From assembly GCA_026770705.1 (NCBI GenBank), contig JANJGN010000038.1:1364001-1428000 (forward strand): a stretch of DNA of 64,000 bases. Reading direction: 5' to 3'. This stretch comes from Isurus oxyrinchus. Its lineage: Eukaryota. Positions 1 to 12,352 of the stretch are shown one piece after another. Position numbers and translations under genes: made by a program. The stretch's first letter is position 1. Each line of letters opens with the position of its first letter. The notes under the pieces were generated by a model, which was given only the letters and a program-made list of their open reading frames with translations, had not been told where the DNA came from and made no database searches.

Positions 1-1750
1 ATATTTCCTTAAATATCTATCACTAGGAGCTCTTTTACCCAGGTGTTATGAATTAATTGTGACTCATTGTGCATTACCATGTCTGAAATAGCCGACTACC
101 TGATTGGCACGAGAACATACTGAATTTAGATATTGAACACCATGAACTCATCTTCTTGGCTGCCTTGTTAATCTGATTGGTGGAACCTATATGAAGATTA
201 AAATATCTGGCTTTCCATTGACTTTCTTTCAAGCCATATTTATTTTTCCTGTATACTCCGTACTATGATGTAAATACTTTTAGGGAACCTATAAACTACT
301 CCCACAAGAGAATTCTGACATCTGCTGTTTCTTATCTCCTCCCAATCTGATTGTACATCTTGACCTTGTGAACAAATGTCATCGCTCACTACTGTACTAA
401 TGTTAACCTCAGTTATCCAAGCTATGCCGCCACCTATTTCTAGTTTCCCGCCATTCTGAAATTTGGAAGACGTTTGATTAGTCATTTAACATCTATGGTC
501 AACTTGCAACAACCTCTGTAAAGCGTCAATCAGGCCATGCATATTTATGTCTACTGATGTTATCAATTCATTAATTTTGTTCTGAATGCTGTGCACATTC
601 AGATACACAGCTTAAAATCCTGCTTTTTGTTACCAATCTCGTAAACACTGGTTTATTCACTCTGTCACTTCCTGGCACACTCTGGTTACCATTAAACATT
701 TCACTGTCCTGCCCTATTTCCTTGTTCTTTATCCTTAATTCACCACATTTCCTCTCAAGTGATCGCTGTACCCCTGACACTCCCAACAACCGTCCCCAGC
801 AACCACCCCCTCTCCCGACCCCCGGAATATTTAGCTTAAAGCCCTCTCCACCGCCCTAGGTATAGAACACGTCAGAACACTAATCCCAGTATGACTCAGG
901 TGAAAACCATCCCACATTCCCGCTTTCTACAGTACTGGCACCAGTGAGCCATGAAGTGCAACCGATTTCTCACACATCACCCTTTGATCGATGCATTCCA
1001 CTCCGTACTCACATTTATCATGTGATAATTTGCAGCGTGGCTATCGCATTAATGCAGGGATTATTGCCTTTCTGTTCCTGCTTTTTAAACTTAGACCCTA
1101 GCTACCTATAATCCATAAGAAGCAGCTCTAACTTGGTCCGATCTATGGCCCTGGTATCTACAAGTTCTATGGAAACTTCATATTCCATTTCCAACCCGGA
1201 ACTCATGTCCTGACTTGCAACACCGGGCAGATGACAGAGCCTTCTGGACTGAAGCTCTCAGCTGCAGAAACCCGTGTCGACCCCCTGGCTATACTGTCTC
1301 CTACTTGCTCTAGATTTCTGGTTAATACCCCACACCCCCATTTCAATGGCTTCCTGAACCTCGAATCCATGGCCAGATCAATTATCAATGCTACAACCAA
1401 CGATTTGGTTCACATGAGCTCCAAGTACCTAATACCGATTTGACCATTGCAAGGGCTCAGGCTGCTCCACTTCAAACTTCTCAATCTCCATATCTGACTT
1501 ACTCACAGCCATTCCCTTCACTGTATGACAACGGACCAAATCAGGAGACCCTAGCCAAAGCTATGTGTCTGCCATCTGGAACAAAGTGCCCAGGTAACTT
1601 TCGCCGTTCCTGCAGCATCGCAGCATCCAAAGCCCAGGGTCGAGCTCACAACTCTCAGATGAGTTACTTGAGCTTCAGACACTTACTGCATGTGTGGATG
1701 ATATAGACATCCACCAGAACCTACATACTACAGTTGCAAAACAACACCTC
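1..1750 (-). mobile_element. CR1-type LINE 5' portion (ORF1 plus AP endonuclease), old
   Basis: ORF 240-485 reads GGGIAW..EIRN..LVGVVYRFP (APE); degraded ORF1-like sequence at 800-1750. Confidence 0.7.
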
Positions 1751-3369
1751 CCTTACTCTCCATATTATGATTTAATTAATTAATCAATTAATTGATTTCT
1801 TTGTTACGTTTCAATCAATGCTTCTCGGCCCGGTTCTGCTTATGTTTTATTCCTTTATCATTCAATTAATCTCATACTAAGACATTGTCATTAAACTTCC
1901 CCGTTTAAAAAATAGAGAAAGAGAAAATACTCAACAGACAATCACTTATCTTCTTGGCTGTTGGATCACTCTTCGAGTTGTCCACAATGCTCTGAACTCA
2001 CAGGCCCACCCGTTGAGATCTACAAACTCTCGTTGCTGTCTCCAGATATCTCTTTATTTCTGGTCTGCAGTTTGTTTCTTCTGCAGTTAATGGAGGCTGA
2101 GAGATGGTTCAAAAACTGGTGCCTCTTTGCTCCTCGGCATCTATTCCCACTTAAGCCAATTTCCCGACTGTTCGCGCGGCTTACTTCACACTCCTGTGTA
2201 GTTCCCTCTCTGTGCGTCCCGCTTACTAAATTGAAGAGCCAACGGTGAACAGTCGACTGAAACGAAAGAGGCGGTGTGGATACAGCGTCTTAACTGTAAA
2301 AGTGGGCTCAAATCAATTGGTTAAAGGATAAAAAGTTGCAATGATAACATGCTAAAGTGAAAGAGAAGGAGTTTGAGGAAACAGAGAAAAAGGAAGAAAG
2401 GACTCGAGGTAGCAGAGTAATTGGATGGAAGGAGTGATGCACTAGTAGAAAGAGTGGAGAGACATTCTGGTAAATGGGAGAGCTACAATTGGGATGGGAA
2501 TGTAAGTTGAAGTGCTGTATAGAGGCAGTGTGAAAATTGAATGAGGTATTCTGGATAATTGGAAGAGGAGGGGTGCAGGAAGATGTGTCATTGGAACTAT
2601 TTCACATAGGCATTGAAATTTGTTATTGATACGAAATTCGGAACGTTTCAAACAGAAGGTAGGAATGAAAGCTTGGAAGAGAAATTGAGGCATGGGACAT
2701 TGAAAATGCGAATCCTAAAACGTAATACTCCCAACAGAGAGTAACAATATGAGGAATGCAGATGAAATGATTTCAAAGCGTGTGATTACGGATGGTGAAG
2801 GCTACTAAAAGGGTACTTTGGTCTCTGAGTTTTACAAGGGTGTTGGATAGAACCTGTATCCAAGGTGATGTGAATTCATGCATAACATAGACAAAGCCGC
2901 AGATTGCCTACCGGGTGTTAATTGTGAACTTAGGTATACACTGCTGCACTACATTGATTGGATGGTTACTTGAGCACTTTTAAAGAGAGACTTACTGACA
3001 CAATTGACTGCATATTACTGTTGCACGTCAATGGAAGGTTCTGCACGCTGTGTTCAGCTGTGTTTCAACTTCCAGAATCGCCATCAGCGCACACATAATA
3101 GCATGGTAACTGCAACCAGTTAGCGCCCAGGACGGGTTACAGAGCGTCATCCTGCCAAATGAGAGGTGAAGGGAGGCATGTCCGGTCTCTGAGGCTGCAG
3201 ATCATGACTCAAAATAAAGTAAGGTCCAACACGCTGAAGGGCCCCTTGGCACGGATCAGTGTCAGGTAAACCATCAGATGGTCTCCCGAGTGCATCTTTT
3301 GTATCTGATGACGATTTGTGCATTTTCCAGTCTGGACAGATAAGCCAATTTAATTTATGGCTAAAGTAA

Positions 3370-4110
3370 AAGTTGAATACTGTGGACGTTGGAAATCTGA
3401 AATTTAAAAACAAAATCAGAAAATACTTGAAAAAGCTCAGCAGGTCTGGCAGCATTTGCGGAGGTCGAATCAGAGAATGTTTTGAGATCCTGTGACTCTT
3501 CTTCAGAACTAAACAGCGGTAGAAATACGATGGGTTTTACACTGGTGAAGCGAGGGGGTGGAGCAAAGTAGAATCCAGAGATAGTGGGGATCACAAGAGA
3601 GATTTGACAAAGATGCCACGTACAGAAGCCAATGGTAGTGCTAAAGACTAAGGCCGGTGCCAATAGTGGTATAAATGTCAGATAGCAGAATGTGATAACA
3701 GCAGAACAAGGTTCCGTGCTATTTGAAAGCAAAACATAGGAACATGTTAGAGACGGCCCTCGTAAAAGGGCAGGGGGTGGGTGTGGTAAAAGTATCAAAA
3801 TAGAGGGCAGAGTGCATGGTGTGAAGTTGTTGAACTCAATGTTAAATCCAGGAGCCTTTAAAGTGCCTAATCAGAAGATAAGGCTTATAATTAGGTGCTT
3901 TACAGTCTTCTGGACTTAACACTAAGTTCATGGCTTCAGACCTGCATGTTGATTTCTTTCCCCAACCATATCCTCCCACAGGGCAAGTCTGTAACTTGTT
4001 CTTTTGCTTTGCTTTCACAGACGCTGACCTGTCAGTAACACATTCTGCCATCTGACCTTTACATCAGCATTAACACCTACCTTAGACTTTATCACTATCA
4101 TTACCACTCT
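3370..4110. mobile_element. Non-autonomous Penelope-derived repeat
   Basis: Same tail as the Penelope copies (gctcagcaggtctggcagcat..ctcttcttcag) plus the gttgttgaactcaat ORF end, followed by an inverted part. Confidence 0.65.
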
Positions 4111-4114
4111 GTCT

Positions 4115-4785
4115 TAGGAACATAGTAACAGGAAAAGACCATTCAGCCCGTCGAGCCTGCTTCGCCATTCAATACGATCATGGTTGAACGAACAGTTCAA
4201 TGGCTTTTACCCACACTATCTCCACAACACTTTATGTTATTAATGAGAAATCTGTCAATCTCTACCTTAAGCATATGGAATTGCTAAGGTTTCACGACCC
4301 GCTGGGGTAGAGAAATCCAAAGATTTACAACCCTCTGAACAAAGAAATTTTCCCTCATCTCGATCCTAAGTGGCATCCCCCTAATTTCGAATTTGTGACC
4401 GCTGTTTCTACACTCAACAACCCGGGAAAAATCTTATCTGCATCAACCCTGTCTATACATTTAAGAATTTTGTAGGTTTCAATGAAATCACCTCTCTTTC
4501 TTCGAAACTCTAGAGACTACAAGCCCAGTTTCCTCAACCTCTCTTCATCAGACAGTTCCCCAAACCCAGGAGGAAGCCTGGCGAATCTTCGTTGCACTCC
4601 CTCTATGGTAATAATACCCATCCTAAGGTAAGCGGACCAAAACTGCTCACAGCACTCTAGTTGCGGTCTAACCAAGCTTCTATACAATTGAAGCAAGACT
4701 TCAATAACTCTGCACTCAAATTCTCTTAAGGTAAAGGCCGACATTCCATTAGCCTTCCTATATGTTTGCTGCACCTGTATGTGTT
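4115..4785 (-). mobile_element. CR1 LINE 3' fragment
   Basis: ORF 4517-4774 LYRSLVRPQLECCEQFWS..EGVQRRF; CR1 3' tail at ~4120-4180. Confidence 0.85.
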
Positions 4786-5159
4786 GTGTGCATGGCGTTT
4801 TGTCATTTCTCGTCTGAGCTCCCAGCTATCCCTGACCTTCTATTTTGCTCCACCTGCCCCGCCCCTCTCTTCCGCAGTGGAAACAAGCACATTTCTACCT
4901 CTCTTCACCTCTGAAGAAGAGTCATACGGACCCCAAATGTTAACACTGTTTCTCTCTTCACTGTTGCTACCAGACGTACAGAGATTTTCCAGCTTTTTCA
5001 GTTCTCATATTAAATTTTGGCTAATCTCCGCCAATCATCTAAATCTGCATAGGTGGCAGAATTTTAAAACATCAATAAGTCTCTCACTTTCTGTCAATGA
5101 TCTGTCAACATTTATTGCATATTTCCATACATAGTTGTCTGCGCCATCGGAGCGAGGGA

Positions 5160-5390
5160 AATGGTGTTTTATCAAGGGGAAAGCTTCCCCCAGGTTCGAT
5201 GAGGCCGGTCTCGGTCCCCACCTGCATGTAGCATGTGATCGAGGTGATCGGCTCATGCCCAGCGGTGGGAAGACGGGAAGCCCAGGCAGACTCGTGGTCC
5301 ACGAGGTCAACGGTGCTAACGTGGCTATGAGAACTTGCCCCAGTACAACAAAAAGCTCAAAGGCGTCATGAGATCAGTTGCAGGTAGATA
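5160..5390 (+). mobile_element. Harbinger-type Myb/SANT-like ORF remnant
   Basis: SPRFDEAGLGPHL..PSGG..EVNGANVAMRT/QYNKKLKGVMRS matches the PRF..W..VN..RT..QC.KK pattern. Confidence 0.5.
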
Positions 5391-6169
5391 CATCTGTGCC
5401 TGTAAACCCTTGGGGCGGCATAAGCTCCTCTGCACCGCCGCTGAGGGGGCTGAATTTTACGCTCCCAGATTGGAGGCGTTTATTGCTTGATTGATCATAT
5501 GATGGGGCGTGATGACGTCTGACACCGTTTATGACGTCATCAAGCCTGTTTCCGGGAACACTGCACCCGGCAGGTCAAAATTCAGGACCCCACCCACATC
5601 ACTGAAATATGAATGTAAAAGACAATTCAGCCGTTAACTACCCATCTCACTGCTATAATGCGGTCAGGAGGCAATTTTATGCTTTCAGGGCCAGGCTTTG
5701 CACAGTTGGGAAAACTTTTCTTTTTAAGGTGATGCTTGTTTGGGCGGGTTTTAAAGCTGCAGCGCCTCAGCTTTACAGTTCAAATTCTATTGACTTCAGG
5801 AAGTGCTCATTTGAGTGAAGAGGGAAACCTTTGGGATATTTGTCATGAGGAGAACTCTCCTCTAATGCGGAGGGCCCTTTTGATGTAATATTTTCCAATC
5901 CACCTTCAAGGGGTTTGGGGTGAAAAGTGTCAAAGACAGATGGGGATTGTTGCCTCAGTTGGTGAGTCAACCTCCAGTGAGGAGGAGGAGAGTAGGAATA
6001 GGAGGAGGAGGCGAGATGGAGAACAGAACATGGGGAGGTTCATGTTGCTGTAGTTCCGTGAAGGAAATAGACCAGGGCTGGACCACGACGGTCAGAAACA
6101 ACCCAAAATACTTAGCGAAGGCATAGGCAAACTTGTGCCTCCCCAAGTGTGTAAGGCTGAGATTTAACT

Positions 6170-6380
6170 ACCCGCATCAGATCTCACGAAGTTGTTGATC
6201 CTTTTATGGCACTGGGCCAAGTCCTCCTCACCAGGTAAACACTGTTGACCCCATCGGTCATCTCCAATGCAGTATGATTCTGCCTGGGCTTCGTCCTTCT
6301 CCCAGCGCTCGACATAAACTGACCACATCTATCATATCAGCACAGAGAAGGGCATTAAGGGTGGCCTCGATGAACGGGAG
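6170..6380 (-). mobile_element. Harbinger-type Myb/SANT-like ORF remnant
   Basis: Minus strand, across frameshifts: FIEATLNALL..GVNSVYLVRRT..QCHKRINNFVRS. Confidence 0.5.
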
Positions 6381-6715
6381 GTGGTAGCATAGTGGTCCTG
6401 CAGTTGCCCCCGTGTAATGCTCTGGAGCCCCTGCTTAAAATCCTGCGGGGCCGATGGTGAAATTTGTATTCAATAAAGAAAATCTGGCATTATATGCCTC
6501 AAGGTGACCATGAAGCCATTGCTGATTTCTGTAAAAACCCATGTGATTCACTAATTTCCTTTAGGGGAGGAGATCTGCTGTCCTTGCCTGGTCTGGCCTA
6601 CATGTGACCCCAGACCCATAGCAATGCGTTTGACTCTTAAATTCCCGCTGAACAAGGGCAATTAGGTTCAGCAATAAATGCTTGCATAGCCACTGACTTC
6701 CACACCCCATGAAGG
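6378..6715 (+). mobile_element. Shark SINE (tRNA-like head, LINE-derived tail)
   Basis: A-box-like ggtagcatagtgg; central gtaaaaacccat..cactaat..tttaggg..ctggtctggcctacatgtgac, also seen at 7490-7880(-), 11800-11890, 53100-53250(-) and 53420-53590(-). Confidence 0.7.
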
Positions 6716-6929
6716 TGTACAAATAAAACTGGGGGGGGGGGGGCAGCTTTGCCCCTTCTAGAACGCCTCTCCTCTCCCTGCGATGGGGCAGATATCTGTG
6801 CATGGAAACATGTGATAAATGTCCAGCTCCCCAATGATAAATGGTGGGAGACTTGCTGATCCCTGAAAGTTCTGCCATTTATGAAAAATAACAGTTGATA
6901 GAGATTATCTAAAATATATAAGAAAACAA

Positions 6930-7400
6930 AAAATGCTGCAAACACTCAGCCAGCCTGGCAGTATCTGTAGAGACAGAAATAGAGTTAACTGTTCACGCCC
7001 ATCCAACTATTCAGAGCTGAATAGAGGTAGAAATATGGTTAGTTTTACGTTGTTGAAGAGAGGGGGTGAAGCACTTGGAACAAAAGAGAAGGTCAGGAAT
7101 AACTGGGAGATCAGCTGAGATTTGTCAAAGGTGTCATGGACACAAAACAACGAAGGTGGTAATGATAGTGTTAAAGTGCTGTTCCTTTCGGTTGGATTGG
7201 GGAACTGGAGGAACAACACTTCATCTTCCGACTCAGCACTTTGCAGCCTTCTGGATTCAACACTGAATTCAACAAGTTCAGATTATAAACTCTGTCATGC
7301 TCAACCCACCTCCTCCCATAGGGCCAAACTGTAACTTGTTCTTATGTTTTGCTTTTAGAGAGTACTGATCCTTGTTGTGCTTTTAGCAAAATCTGCTACC
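6930..7400. mobile_element. Non-autonomous Penelope-derived repeat
   Basis: Penelope tail on the minus strand, followed by a plus-strand LEEQHFIFRL..LQPSG.NTEFN fragment (7205-7280). Confidence 0.65.
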
Positions 7401-9649
7401 TGACTATTATGCCACTGTTAGGAGCTGATGTAGGTTTAAAATACATAACTGCCATCCTTGTTGTCTTGCTACATGACATTTTCATCATCTCAGCTACATA
7501 ATTGGATACCACGTGTTCCAGCCGGTTGTATTCCCTTTTCACTTTCTTGTAACAGCTTGATCCGACTTCATGGTTTCCTGGATCACTTCAGAGGGAATTT
7601 CAAATTCAACCACATTGCTGTGGATTTGAAGCTGCATCTAGGTCAGAACAGGTATGGACAGTTAATTCCCTCCCTTACATAACATTACATAACCAGAAGT
7701 TTTCTTTTTACGGTGATACTGACATAATTACAGAGATGAGTTTCAATTATTTTTTCTGTTTATGAAATAATTGAATTGAAATTCCACCAGCCACCTGTGG
7801 TGGGCTTTGACCCCGTGCTCCCTAAGCATCAGTATGGCGTTCGGTATTACTGGTTCAGTTTTTTACATTTCCACTCCACCACCATTTCCCCAAATCCCAG
7901 TGACTCAAGACACCAAACCAGATTCATTGTGCTTTGGGACAGGGTGGTGAGCGTTTATTTTGTAGTCCACTCATTGCCTTATTGTAAAGTTTGAGCTGAA
8001 ACCTTTGACATGAAGCGCCTTGAGCAACTTAAAGGTTCTGAATAGGGTGAGTTGGTGACACTTGTCACAGAAATTGAACGAATAAAAATTAAAATGATTG
8101 TAATTTGATAGAAAATGCTATAATAGTCTGTTTTAGGTTTTTCAAAAGTTTTCTTGGTGAGAATGGTAACACTGATTAAGACAATTTTTCAATTACATCA
8201 TTTAACATTTTCACTGAACAGGGCAGTTGTTCCCTTAGGAGTTCTTTAGAAAAATGACGAAGTCAACCAGATCTTCTCATGAACACCTTTAAGGCAAGAA
8301 GTGCTCTTTTCTGAGTAATCTTTACATGGTGTAACCATAAAATCACCTTACTCAATGAAATTATTAGATATGAATGAAATCATTAGCAATATTGCCAAAA
8401 AAAACTCAATCACTCTTAACTCCAGCAATGGTGGGAGCAAATAAATGACAATAAATGATTGTGTTTTTTTTCCACAATAAAATCACACCCTCTGCTGTTG
8501 CATTATATGATCTGAAATGAATGATTATTTACAGGACCGGGAATTAAGTAATGGAAAATCACGGGAAAGTGTGGTAAATTGCTGGATCAGGAACCCACGC
8601 ATTAACAACGTGGAAATACTTGGAACCTCTGTGGCAACATTATAAATTGAAAGGTAGATATTCCAATCATCGAAAACTAAAGAAAATCACACCGAAATCA
8701 GGGAAAAGATAAGCCGAAGGCATTCATGGAAAAATATATAAAATTAAAGAATAGAAAATATATGACAGTGCTCTTTCAGGATGCAGTGTACAAAGGGGAA
8801 TATCCATCAACTCTATCTATCAGGAAAATCAGGAATTGTATCAGAGATTATGTCAGGGCTTGTGCAAGAGAGCATGTACTGGAGTTCCATCTATCAGGAG
8901 ATCAGAGATTGGAGAATAGAGGATGTCCTGGAGTTCCATCTATCAGGAAGCGGTCGAGGTCGCAGCTGGAGGAGTTCTATGAGACTGGACCAGATGAGTT
9001 TTTTCATCCGTGCCTGCCCCACCCCTCCGAAATTTAAATTTGTTTCAAAATGGAACAGAATAGTTCTACTGGTTTCAATTGATTTGATGTGAGGACGGAA
9101 TAATAACATTATAGGAAGTCACAGGAGATGTAAAGATTGTGCATGTTTTGGTACAACACAATTATTTGAAAGACTTGAATGACAATGTACCCAAGCAGTC
9201 GCAAATCTCTAGGGCATAATGAGGGGTGAGAGATGACAGTTCTGAAAAGACTTAACAGGATTTGTTTTTTCATTAGAGGTCTGGAACTGATAAAGGTGAA
9301 AAAAATGGACATTCAATAGCTATAAGGTTTTTAAGAAAGAAAACAAATGTGGTTTGGTTTCTCTGATCTGCTACGGGAGGGAAGCTTCGTGCCACTGTTC
9401 AGGATAATTTAATGCAATATTAAGATCAAATAATTATAGGGTCTGGGGGTTGATGAAATGTTTGTGGCGATGTGTTAACAGAGGATCAATTGAATTTGTT
9501 ATTAGTCAGAGTGCATGAATTAATTTAACAAAAGACATTTGGGTTAATTGGTTTTGGAAAGCAGGACATTCAAAGGTTTCATTCGAGAAATTGCCTTAGG
9601 TTCCATGGTGCTCTTGTGGTTGTGGAGCCACTGAGAGGCAGTTTCGATT

Positions 9650-10290
9650 CTCAGTCAGCTGAGCGCAACTCGGCTCAAGAAGATATTTGGAATCTTTCTC
9701 TTTGTTAGACGAAGTATAGACTGTAAGATAGAAGGGTAAATACTCGAACTGTATAAAGCATTCTTTAGGCCACAAGTTGAGAACTGTGTGCAGCTCTGGC
9801 CACCTCATTACAGAAAGGGTATAATTGCACTAGAGAGGGTCCAGAGGAGATTTATGAGGATGTTGCGAAGACTCTAAAACATGCAACTAAGAGGAAATGT
9901 TTGATAGGCTAAGATTTTTCTCAGTGGAACAAGGGAGGCTGAGGGGAGGTTTGAATTGTGCGGGATCTTGATAGAGTGCATGGGAAGAGCATATTTACCT
10001 TAGCAGAGAGCTAAGTGACGAGGGGACGTACCTTTGAAGCGATTGACAGAAGGATTAGAGGGGTGTATAATGAATTTCTAAAACCAGAGGTTAGTGGTGA
10101 TATGGAAATCACTGTCTGAAAGGGTAGTAGATGCAAGGGCCCCCAGTTCATTTGAATGGTGTCTGGATATGCACATCAAGCACTGTAACCTGCAGGGCTA
10201 CGGGCCAAATGCAGGGAAGTGGGATTAGGATGGATGGCTCATTTTTTGGCCGGAGCAAACACGATTTCTGTGTTATAAATTTTCTGCGAT
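9650..10290 (+). mobile_element. CR1 LINE 3' fragment
   Basis: ctgtataaagcatt..aggccaca..gagagggtccagaggagattt pattern shared with the other CR1 copies. Confidence 0.75.
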
Positions 10291-10813
10291 TCGATGAAAA
10301 ATTCTAGTTTTTGAGCAGAAACACGTTGTTCTTTCAGGCTTGTCCCATTGATGCCAGGCTCGTCAAGGCCAAATACATCTTGTGATAAATAGGCAATTTG
10401 ACTTTCTAATATTGTGCATGTTGATTGATAGGTACAGAATCCCCAGAATCATTGGGCAACTTAGGGCAGAGATTCAGTTTCAATATAGGAATGCAAAGAA
10501 TTCAGGTTACTTCAAGGGACGAGAAAGCATAAGTTTTATTCTGCTAAAGCTGAGAAATATTGATGCTGGCAGTTTAATCGCTTTCTAATTACACATAATT
10601 TAAACAATCGAACCCCATTCGTTTGAAAAACTCACTTACAATTCACATGCAGAGGAAGAAACAATCATCGGCATCTTAAATATACAACAGGTTATTCTCA
10701 TTTTGGTTATTGTTCGAGAAATTAAAAAGCAATTCTAAAATGTATAATTCCTGCTGTTTACAATGTCACAAATATTTAGCCAGGAAATTAAAACTTCGTG
10801 CCGGTCAGATACA

Positions 10814-10819
10814 TTTATT
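10814..10819 (-). terminator. Polyadenylation signal of the IgL-like gene
   Basis: AATAAA on the minus strand ~80 nt after the C-exon stop codon. Confidence 0.75.
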
Positions 10820-10896
10820 AAATCTGCCGAGATTACCGCCACGTTTCGCTTTGAAATTAAACTCAGGAGTTATTGGCTTGAGCTAATAGCCGGTCT

Positions 10897-11217
10897 TTAG
10901 CGATTGCAGGTGTCCAAGCTGATGGATTTCTGAACGAGAGTGTCCTGAGACTTGTATCGGAACAGACACGAGTAGTGATCCTTCGAGTTCCAAGAGCTGA
11001 CAGGGACCCTCAGGTAGCTGCTGATGCTGTAGCTGTTGTCAGCCTCAAGATTAGGTAGATTTGTGGACACTCCGCTCTGCGTCTCAATGCCCCGCGCTTT
11101 CCACGAAAGCTGGGTAGAAGCCCCGAATCAGACAGCTCAGCGTCACTGTTTCAGCTGAAGTTACTTCCTGGCGCGAAGGCGGAAACAATTCCAGTGATGG
11201 CACCTGTAGTTGACGAT
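10897..11217 (-). pseudogene. Ig light-chain constant (C1-set) exon with frameshift
   Basis: TTGCAG acceptor, then DRQLQVPSLELFPPSRQEVTSAETVTLSCLIRGFYPAF. A frameshift occurs at ~11104, after which a second frame reads WKARGIETQSGVSTNLPNLEADNSYSISSYLRVPVSSWNSKDHYSCLFRYKSQDTLVQKSISLDTCNR* (TAA 10899-10897). The near-terminal Cys is typical of L chains. No transmembrane exon was found. Confidence 0.88.
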
Positions 11218-12054
11218 CTGCAACAGATGGTACATAGATGACATGGACTGTCACTGTAAGAGGCATTATTATTGTGGCTTAACGGTATGGTTATCATAGA
11301 CCTTCGGAAAATACCGCACAGAATGAGGCGTCCACCAGTGCCTCTGCCGGCTTTTCAAATAATTATTCATCTTGTCTCAGTCATGTACCCTTTTCCCTTA
11401 GCCCCGTAATAGCGTCCATTCAAATATACATCCCATTCCCGTTTGAAAGTTATTACTGAATCTGTTTTCACCGTCCTCCCATCCGAGCCCTCTAGATCAC
11501 AACAAACCGTTGCATAAAAAGAAAAATAAATCCCGCATGGCCGCTCTGGTTCTTCTTCCATTCGCTTTATATCTGTATTCCGTGAATACCGACTTTCCTA
11601 TCGCTATTGAAGTCCTTAATGGTTTGAATACCTGCATTAAGTTACCCCATAAACGTCGCTGCTCTAAGGAAACAACCCCAGGATTTATAGTCTGTCCACA
11701 GAACTCCCGTCCTGCTTCTCTGGTGGGCTTAGTTATGGGCTTATGATCACACCATTACAATTTCAGGAATTGAATTCAATTACGCTGGAGGCAAACAAGC
11801 TTCCGGATTGTTGTAATAACCAAGTGGCTCACAGGAAATGGACCAACCCCATTCCTACCCGCCTTGTCAACGTGACTCAGTCCCACACTGCGTAGGTAAA
11901 TTTTGGTTCATTGAGGGCGAATAATAATAGGCCACCTTCGCTCTGTAGCCCACTATGTTCAAAATTAAATTATTTCAAAATGCTATGACACCATTATTTA
12001 CTATCACCGCGTAACATTTTCGCCAATATCTTTTAGCTTTCACAATAGTTTGAT

Positions 12055-12352
12055 GGAAAATTCCTCGAATTGCTTGGTGTGAACAATTTGCTAAATAAAA
12101 GGGGAATTTTCCATTTTCGGTTATATATTGGGGAACTCCCAAACAGATATTCCAAATATCTGCCAGCAGTACAAACAAGCAGAGTCCTCGCCGCTGTCAC
12201 ATTTATTTGTTCTACAAAACGTATTCCACCCAATGTGCTTCTGATTCTGCTCCACTCCAGCTGAAAGCGCAGCCGCTCGGTGTGTTTTAGATCAGTGCAC
12301 ATCAAGCCTTGTGCATTTTTGTAAAAATTGATTCGTGTAATATCCTCAGCTG
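12055..12352. promoter_or_regulatory. Candidate J-C intronic enhancer (NF-kB-like sites plus E-boxes)
   Basis: GGAAAATTCC 12055-12064, GGGGAATTTTCC 12101-12112, GGGAACTCCC 12131-12140, and CAGCTG at 12258 and 12347, all 0.85-1.1 kb upstream of the C exon. Confidence 0.45.
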
